32,106 nt of DNA. It comes from Pirellulales bacterium (lineage in GTDB: Bacteria > Planctomycetota > Planctomycetia > Pirellulales > UBA1268). Shown piece by piece: positions 26,463 through 32,106 of this stretch (its first letter is position 1; the number at the start of each line of letters is the position of its first letter). A program made the translations under genes and the position numbers. The notes under the pieces are model-generated. The model was given only the letters and a program-made list of their open reading frames with translations. It searched no databases and was not told the origin of the DNA. The stretch spans positions 1 through 32,106 of the forward strand of contig JBBAVQ010000001.1 in NCBI GenBank assembly GCA_040397625.1, written 5' to 3'.

Positions 26463-27697
26463 GACGCGCGGCGGCCTTCGAGAAGGCGGATCGCGGCCAG
26501 GGCGATGAGCGTGATGCCGCCCACGACGCCGCCGAACAGGCCGATCCGGCCCTGCAGCGCCGGCACGTTGGCGGCAGCCATGGTGGCGAGCAATGCCGCG
26601 AAGATGGCGATCGTGGGAATGGCGGCGACGCCGCGAGCCCCCGAGAAGAACGAGCGACTCGCCTGCCCACGACGGCCGACCTGCGTGAGCGTGACGGCGA
26701 GCGCGACGATGATCCCCACGATCATCCCCTCGTAGACGTCAGCGCTTGCCTTGATGAGCTTCGAGACGGCGTCGATCACGAGCCGCAGGAAGAGGGCTCC
26801 GAGCACGGTGCCAGGAACCGTGCCCACGCCCCCCTGCAGGCTGCAGCCGCCGACGACTGCGGCGGCGATGGCGTTGAGTTCGTAGCCCCGCGCGAGGTTG
26901 CCGGGTTGGGCCACGCTGCTGTCGGCCATCAGGAAGATGCCGGCCAGGGCGGCCGTGAGGCTCCCGTAGCAGTAGGCGAACCACTTTACGTTGTCGGTGC
27001 GGATGCCGCTCAGACGGGCCGCCTGCTCGTTGCCGCCGAGCGCATAGAGGTGCCTGCCGAGGACGGTGCGGGAGAGGATCAGCCAGGTGACGATGGCGAG
27101 CGCGAGGAACGTGGCCGTCATGATCCAGACGTTGTGCTCTTTCAGCCAGGCGAAGAACGGCGTGTTGACGTTGATCTGCTGCGACTCGCTCCCCCATCGC
27201 TCCTTGGTGACGAACAGGCACATCGCCCGGGCGAAACTCCGCAGACCAACCAGTGTGGCCAGCGTGGCCACGAACGGTGGCAGGCGGATCGCCGTGATCA
27301 GCCAGGTGTGGAGGGTGCCGACGAGGAGTCCTGAGAGCATCGCCGCCCCGACGGCGGCTGCGATGCCCGCGGGCCCCACGGTGACGAGTCGCCGGTCGTC
27401 GGGAGCAGCGCAGAGCGTCAGCACCAGGGCACACGTCGTGGCGCTGAAGGCCACCATCGATCCCGCGGAGAGGTCGATCCCGCCGGCGATGATCACGACC
27501 GAGGCCCCGAGGGCGATGATGCCCAGCAGCGACGTGTTGCGCAGGATGATGTCGCGACTCTCCGCCCAGTTGGCGAAGTAGGTGTGGTTGGGGTCGAGCC
27601 AACCCGTGGCCACGAACACCGCCACCGTCGCGGCGAGGATCGCGAGCTCGTGACGGGGCAGCCGCCAGCCGCCGCCTGCGCTGCCGGAGGAGTTCAT
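26459..27697 (-). CDS. sugar ABC transporter permease (RbsC/AraH-type) with extended C-terminus
   Basis: Multi-helix hydrophobic protein with GGIDLSAGSMVAF and GGNEQAARLSGI motifs typical of BPD_transp_2 permeases. ATG 27697 lies 2 nt downstream of the stop of the binding-protein gene. Confidence 0.88.
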   Translation of the reverse strand: MNSSGSAGGGWRLPRHELAILAATVAVFVATGWLDPNHTYFANWAESRDIILRNTSLLGIIALGASVVIIAGGIDLSAGSMVAFSATTCALVLTLCAAPDDRRLVTVGPAGIAAAVGAAMLSGLLVGTLHTWLITAIRLPPFVATLATLVGLRSFARAMCLFVTKERWGSESQQINVNTPFFAWLKEHNVWIMTATFLALAIVTWLILSRTVLGRHLYALGGNEQAARLSGIRTDNVKWFAYCYGSLTAALAGIFLMADSSVAQPGNLARGYELNAIAAAVVGGCSLQGGVGTVPGTVLGALFLRLVIDAVSKLIKASADVYEGMIVGIIVALAVTLTQVGRRGQASRSFFSGARGVAAIPTIAIFAALLATMAAANVPALQGRIGLFGGVVGGITLIALAAIRLLEGRRAS

Positions 27698-27699
27698 GA

Positions 27700-28857
27700 T
27701 CAGGAGCTGGTGAGGTTGTATTTCGCCAGCCACGCCTTGAAGTCGGGCAGCGTCATGTACTCGACCACCTGCGGATCGAAGAGATCGGCCTTCACCGGTG
27801 ATGCCGAGTCGGGCACCACGACCCGCAGGCCCGTGGTGTGGACGTCGCCGTCGGCACCGGCGGCGTTCGGGAACATCTCGTCGAGCACCGGCTTGTCGTC
27901 GTCGACCATTGCCTTGAGGAGCCGGACGGTCCGCACGCCCATTTCGAACGGGTTCTGGACGACCATCACGTCGATCCGACCCTTCTCCATGTGGCCGATC
28001 GCGAGATCCTGGGCGTCGAAGGTGGCGATCACGTACTTGTCGCGGGTGCCGCTCTCCGTGACCACGTCAGCGATCGCCGGCGCGTTGTAGGCCCAGATGC
28101 CCACGAGGGCGGCGAGGTCCTTATGGTTCTGGGTGGCGTTGCGGACGTTGTCGCGGGCACGGGGGAGGTCCATCTCGTCGGCCATTCGATCCCGTTCCAT
28201 GTAGGCCGGTCCGATCGTCTCCTTCACGCCGTTCATGCGGCTGCGGGCGTTGTCGTTGTCGGTGAAGCCGGCGAACTGCACATAGCCTCCCTCCTTCGCG
28301 CCCCTGGCCTCGAGGAGGGCCCGGGTCGCGGTGCCCAGCGTGCGGCCGCCAACCACGTTGTCGGTGCCGATGTAGTAGGAGCGGGCGTCCCGAAAGGTGT
28401 CGCGATTCACGTCGCCGTCCACGGTGATCAGCTTCACGCCCTTGGCCCGGAGTTTCTTCATCTCCTCCACGATCGACTGGTTGTCGGCCTGGATCACGCT
28501 GATGGCGATACCGGCGACGTCATCCTGGGTGGCGTATTGGCGGAGCCGCTCGATCTGCCCTTCGGCAGAGCCGTTGTTGACGTCGCGGGCGACGGTGATG
28601 CCCGCGGCCGCACAGCCGAACCGCTGCTCGCCATCCTTGAGCCCGCTGAGCAGCGCGTCCCAGAACGGATCGTCGCCATTGGTGATGAAGATGAAGCGGC
28701 GCGGCTTCACGGCGGCGGCCGCCGCAGGTTTCTCGGCGGCCGTGCCTGCGGCGGGAGACGCGGGTTTCCGTTCGCTGGAGCAGCCCGCAAGCATGATTGC
28801 CGCCATCATCGACAGCACCACGTGCAGCCGGCCAGGGGTCATCGGGGCGACAGACAT
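27700..28857 (-). CDS. sugar ABC transporter substrate-binding lipoprotein (periplasmic binding protein, RbsB-like)
   Basis: ATG 28857 is preceded by GGAGG. Lipoprotein signal MSVAPMTPGRLHVVLSMMAAIMLAGCSS. Type I PBP fold motifs are present (FIFITNGDDPFW, GIAISVIQ, LITVDGD, YIGTDN). The track start 29013 would overlap the flavin reductase gene. Confidence 0.88.
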   Translation of the reverse strand: MSVAPMTPGRLHVVLSMMAAIMLAGCSSERKPASPAAGTAAEKPAAAAAVKPRRFIFITNGDDPFWDALLSGLKDGEQRFGCAAAGITVARDVNNGSAEGQIERLRQYATQDDVAGIAISVIQADNQSIVEEMKKLRAKGVKLITVDGDVNRDTFRDARSYYIGTDNVVGGRTLGTATRALLEARGAKEGGYVQFAGFTDNDNARSRMNGVKETIGPAYMERDRMADEMDLPRARDNVRNATQNHKDLAALVGIWAYNAPAIADVVTESGTRDKYVIATFDAQDLAIGHMEKGRIDVMVVQNPFEMGVRTVRLLKAMVDDDKPVLDEMFPNAAGADGDVHTTGLRVVVPDSASPVKADLFDPQVVEYMTLPDFKAWLAKYNLTSS

Positions 28858-28880
28858 GAATGGCCTCCAGGGAGTGATGA

Positions 28881-29372
28881 TTAGTATCGCAGGCCGTTCT
28901 TGCGGACGTGAACGGCAGGTTCGGCCCCCGTGCCACCGCCGGCCACCACTTCCGCCAGCACGACGACATGATCGCCGTGCGCGGCCCGGGCCGTGGGGCG
29001 ACAGTCGAGCCACGCGGCTGCGTCGGCAATCACAGCGCAGCCAGCCGCGGTGCGGTGCAGAGCGAGGCCGTCGAAGGCTTCAGGCGAGGGTTTGCCAAAC
29101 CGGGCGAGGAGCGACCGCTGCGACTCGGCGAGCACGCTCACGGCGAACGTCGCGTTCCGGTCGAGTGCGGTGATGAGGTCCCGTGACGACGCGATCGCCA
29201 CGCTCACCTGCGGCGGTGCGAAGCCGGCCTGCATCACCCAGCTGGCGAGCATGCAGCGATCCTCGTCGCCTTCTCGCCAGGTCACGACGAACAGGCCACT
29301 GGGGATGCGGCCAAGAGCGGTGGGGATGCCGGAATCCGGAGCGACCGTGTCAGATTGGGTGGATGGCTGCAT
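28881..29372 (-). CDS. flavin reductase-like FMN-binding domain protein
   Basis: GRIPSGLFVVTWREGDEDRCMLASWVMQAGFAPPQVSVAI...FAVSVLAESQRSLLARFG...LDCR....GDHVVVLAEVV matches the split-barrel flavin reductase family. It lies 23 nt upstream of the ABC binding-protein gene on the same strand. Confidence 0.85.
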   Translation of the reverse strand: MQPSTQSDTVAPDSGIPTALGRIPSGLFVVTWREGDEDRCMLASWVMQAGFAPPQVSVAIASSRDLITALDRNATFAVSVLAESQRSLLARFGKPSPEAFDGLALHRTAAGCAVIADAAAWLDCRPTARAAHGDHVVVLAEVVAGGGTGAEPAVHVRKNGLRY

Positions 29373-29687
29373 CGGCGTGACGACGGTGACTTTGGTAATC
29401 GCGGTGGGATGGCGAAGCTTCGACTTCGCGATCTTGCCCCGCCTTCCACGTTGCGGAACGACTCGTGGTCAACCCGCTGATGTCCTTTCGGAAACAGGGG
29501 TCGAGTGCCGATCACTCTGTGGGGGCCGCGGCCGCGAACCGTAGAGTGTCGCCGCCGCGATGCGGGTTCGCAAGCCACGCCCGCGCTCTCGCCCATGCTG
29601 GATCTGCCGCTGTCCACCATTGTCGCCATGCCACTCGTACCTCACGCTGAATCGACTGCGGTTGGACCGCAGGGCTGGGGCCGTTGT

Positions 29688-30767
29688 ATGCCGTCCCGGA
29701 GGCGTGCGCGGGCATGGCTGGTGAGCGTCGTCGCCCTGGCCTGCGGTGGGGCGGCCGTCGCGCAGAGCCCCGATCTGCCGCGGGAGGCCCTGCCGCCAAT
29801 CGTGCTGCCAGACGAGGGCTTCTACTCGGGGCCAGCCGAGATCCAGAGCCTGCCGCCGACCAGGCCCAGCGGGCCCGTGATCCTCGACGGCGCGTGTCCG
29901 CCAGGAACGTCGTGCACCGACGGCTGCCCGTCGGCCAGCGGGTATCCGGATTGCTTTGATGATCTCTGGGCACCGCGGCCGTGGGGATGGCACATCCTGC
30001 CCAACAACCTGATCTACACGAGCTACCTCGCAGGGCCGAAGGAGCCTCGGTTTGCCAGCGTCTGGTACAACGACACCGACCTGGATCCGCTCAACCCATC
30101 GACGCAGAACGGCTGGCTGTGGGACTCCACCCTCGGCGGCCGGGCGTCGATTCTGCGATACGGATCCGATCCGGTCCTGCATCCGCAGGGATTCGAGGTG
30201 CAGATCGAAGGCGCCGCGTTCGTGCGGCTCGATCCGCAGGAGGACCGCGACCTTCGCTCCGCCGACTACCGCTTCGGCGTGCCGCTCGTCTACGGCATCG
30301 GCCGCTGGCAGACCAAACTCGCCTACTACCACAACAGTGCCCACCTTGGCGACGAGGCGATGCTCAAGCACCCCGACTTCACGCGGGTGAACTACGTTCG
30401 CGACTGCTTCGTTTGGGGCAACTCGTATTACCTGTTCGACTGGATGCGGCTGTACGGCGAGGTGGGCTATGCCTTCTTCAACTCCGGCGGCTCCCAACCG
30501 TGGGAGTTTCAGTATGGCACGGAACTCATCCAGGCCCGCCCCACCGGCATCCACGGCGCTCCCTTCTTTGCGATCAACGGGATGTCTCGGCAAGAACTCG
30601 ATTGGGGAGGCAACGTCTGCGTGCAGGCTGGTTGGGCCTGGCGCGGCGACCGCAGCGAGAAGCTGTTTCGCATTGGATTCGAGTATCTCCAGGGTTCCGA
30701 CCCGCAGTACGAATTCGTCTACTTCAACCAGAATCGCTGCGGCATCGGCATGTGGTATGACTACTAA
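29688..30767 (+). CDS. putative outer-membrane beta-barrel protein, DUF1207-like
   Basis: ATG 29688 gives a Sec signal (MPSRRRARAWLVSVVALACGGAAVAQS). Alternating beta-strand-like segments are present, along with an AYYHNSAHLGDE motif that I associate with DUF1207, and a C-terminal aromatic end (GMWYDY). The family name is from memory and is not verified. Confidence 0.7.
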   Translation: MPSRRRARAWLVSVVALACGGAAVAQSPDLPREALPPIVLPDEGFYSGPAEIQSLPPTRPSGPVILDGACPPGTSCTDGCPSASGYPDCFDDLWAPRPWGWHILPNNLIYTSYLAGPKEPRFASVWYNDTDLDPLNPSTQNGWLWDSTLGGRASILRYGSDPVLHPQGFEVQIEGAAFVRLDPQEDRDLRSADYRFGVPLVYGIGRWQTKLAYYHNSAHLGDEAMLKHPDFTRVNYVRDCFVWGNSYYLFDWMRLYGEVGYAFFNSGGSQPWEFQYGTELIQARPTGIHGAPFFAINGMSRQELDWGGNVCVQAGWAWRGDRSEKLFRIGFEYLQGSDPQYEFVYFNQNRCGIGMWYDY

Positions 30768-30857
30768 CGGCAGGCAGGGCTGACGGCAGGCAGGGCGTCG
30801 GGCTGGAGCCGATTGAAAGCCTGCGGCCACTCTGAGAGCAGGATCGCCTCCGAACCG

Positions 30858-31913
30858 ATGCCCCTTCTCGCGATTGAATCCACCTGCGACGAGACCGCGG
30901 CCGCGGTGATTTCCCGAAGCCGCGAGGTGCTTTCGAGCGTGGTCGCCACGCAGGAACAGTTGCACGCGCAGTGGCGGGGGGTCGTGCCCGAGGTGGCTTC
31001 GCGGGCGCATGTCGAGCGAATCATTCCGGTGATCAATCAGGCGGTCGAGCGGGCCGGGATCACGAAACGCGACATCGAGGGCGTGGGCGTGGCCGTCCGC
31101 CCGGGGCTCGTTGGTTCGCTGCTCGTGGGGTTGTCGGCCGGCAAGGCGATCGCCGCCGCCCTCAATGTGCCGATCGTGGGCTACGACCACATCCTGGCGC
31201 ACCTCTACGCCTGCCGACTCGCCTTCGGGGAGCGGCTTCGCTATCCGTGCGTCGGGCTTGTTGCGAGTGGCGGACACACCTCGCTGTTTCATGTCCGTGG
31301 TCCGCTCGACGCGGAGCGACTTGGCGGCACGATCGACGATGCCGCCGGCGAGGCCTTCGACAAGGCTGCCAGTCTGCTCGGCCTGGGCTACCCCGGTGGT
31401 CCTGAGATTGAGCGGGCTGCGGCCGGAGGCGATCCCAAGGCCCATCGCCTTCCCAGGCCGCTGGCCACCGACCGCGACCGGCTCGACATGAGCTTCAGCG
31501 GCTTGAAGACCGCCCTCCGCTACCTCGTGCGGCCGCCAAACACGGTGGCCGACGTGCCGCCCCCGGTGGGACGGCCGCTCGCCAATCTGGCCGCGTCGTT
31601 TCAGCAGGCCGTGGTCGATTCGATCCTCGCGAAGGTCGAACTCGCCATCGATCGGACGGGCTGTCGTGCGGTGGCGGTCGGGGGGGGCGTGGCGGCCAAC
31701 ACACGGTTGCGGGAGTCGCTGGAGGCGCTCGGCCGCCGGCGGCGAGTGGAGGTGTTCGTGCCCCCGCGGTCGCTCTGCACAGACAACGCCGCCATGGGCG
31801 CGATCGCCTGGGAGCGACTCGAGCGGGGCGACAACGACGGCTCTGCGATCGACGTCACGCCCGGCACCGACCGCGCTGCTGCGGCACGGGCCGCCCCGCG
31901 CGTCTTCCCGTAG
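30858..31913 (+). CDS. tsaD: tRNA N6-adenosine threonylcarbamoyltransferase
   Basis: LLAIESTCDETAAAV, GVVPEVASRAH, ASGGHTS, DDAAGEAFDKAA, GYPGGPEIE, FSGLKTA, VGGGVAAN, CTDNAAM. ATG 30858 matches homolog N-termini. Confidence 0.93.
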   Translation: MPLLAIESTCDETAAAVISRSREVLSSVVATQEQLHAQWRGVVPEVASRAHVERIIPVINQAVERAGITKRDIEGVGVAVRPGLVGSLLVGLSAGKAIAAALNVPIVGYDHILAHLYACRLAFGERLRYPCVGLVASGGHTSLFHVRGPLDAERLGGTIDDAAGEAFDKAASLLGLGYPGGPEIERAAAGGDPKAHRLPRPLATDRDRLDMSFSGLKTALRYLVRPPNTVADVPPPVGRPLANLAASFQQAVVDSILAKVELAIDRTGCRAVAVGGGVAANTRLRESLEALGRRRRVEVFVPPRSLCTDNAAMGAIAWERLERGDNDGSAIDVTPGTDRAAAARAAPRVFP

Positions 31914-31977
31914 CACAGGTTTTCAACCTGTGCCCGAGCCACCGCGATCGACAGGCACAGGTTGAAAACCTGTGCTA
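31911..31977. repeat. nested perfect palindromes (two self-complementary 21-mers forming a 23-bp inverted repeat)
   Basis: tagcacaggttttcaacctgtgc (31911-31933) is the exact reverse complement of gcacaggttgaaaacctgtgcta (31955-31977). Each half is itself a 9-bp-stem, 3-nt-loop hairpin. The spacer is 21 nt and contains cgatcg. The element starts on the tsaD stop codon. Confidence 0.9.
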
Positions 31978-31983
31978 CATGGA

Positions 31984-32106
31984 GGGCCACGATGGCCCGG
32001 CGTGGAATGGACCGCTCGCCCGGAAGGCGAGCCCTCAAGCTCAGGCCGCCGGGGCCACGATGGCCCGGCGTGGAATGGACCGCTCGCCCGGAAGGCGAGC
32101 CCTCAA
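31984..32106. repeat. tandem repeat, 68-bp period, at least 1.8 copies, truncated by the window end
   Basis: The 55 nt at 31984-32038 are identical to 32052-32106 and are separated by the 13 nt gctcaggccgccg. Each unit contains hairpins GGCCA-cga-TGGCC and GCTCGCC-cggaa-GGCGAGC. Confidence 0.85.

Noticed and set aside
24948-28884. Plus-strand ORFs 24948..25709, 25866..26735, 26906..27334, 27066..27581, 27838..28884 antisense to the ABC operon
   Set aside because: The ABC ATPase, permease and binding-protein motifs all read on the minus strand. These are antisense frames.
29397-29432. Hairpin GCGAAG-cttcga-CTTCGC with flanking ATCGCG/CGCGAT in the divergent region between the flavin reductase and DUF1207-like genes
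   Set aside because: The two potential stems overlap and cannot form together. The stems are short, and there is no supporting context for a riboswitch or operator.
29469-31916. 815-aa minus-strand ORF antisense to the DUF1207-like gene and tsaD
   Set aside because: It spans two well-supported plus-strand genes and their intergenic spacer, and it has no motifs.
31984-32106. Possible CRISPR array at the window end
   Set aside because: The repeat is 55 nt with only a 13-nt linker, only two units are visible, and no cas genes are present. The geometry is inconsistent with CRISPR.

Overview
This is a visibly very GC-rich bacterial chromosomal segment. Gene content (DUF11 surface protein, oversized secretin with a coiled-coil N-terminus, DUF1207-like barrel, PAS-GAF-REC regulator, lipobox lipoproteins) suggests Planctomycetota/PVC, but that is inference only. 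I support 25 protein-coding genes, and nearly all are ordinary housekeeping or transport functions. They include a three-gene type-B succinate dehydrogenase operon (sdhCAB), a DEAD-box helicase, a family-4 uracil-DNA glycosylase, glgC, leuS and an acyl-CoA/acyl-ACP synthetase. They also include a ThiF/MoeB-type E1, a flavin reductase with a sugar-type ABC importer operon, tsaD and cutA. I saw no rRNA, tRNA, CRISPR array, transposase, integrase, phage gene or recognisable defence gene. I do not see a convincing novel multi-gene system. What ordinary annotation leaves unexplained falls into three groups. (1) An interspersed non-coding repeat family sits in two intergenic regions (15120-15624 and 24653-24823), and one copy has 26-bp terminal inverted repeats (MITE-like). 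(2) A nested perfect palindrome on the tsaD stop codon is followed by a 68-bp-period tandem repeat that runs off the window end. (3) Several degenerate or orphan proteins occur: a GH2-like remnant lacking the catalytic NE motif, a metallophosphoesterase-like protein with eroded metal ligands in an operon with cutA, and an orphan giant secretin coupled to a DUF423 membrane protein. Many long ORFs in the supplied track are antisense artefacts of the high GC content and were rejected. All family names come from motif recognition by eye; no database search was possible. Several start codons were moved inward from the ORF-track maximum on the basis of RBS, signal peptide or homolog N-termini.
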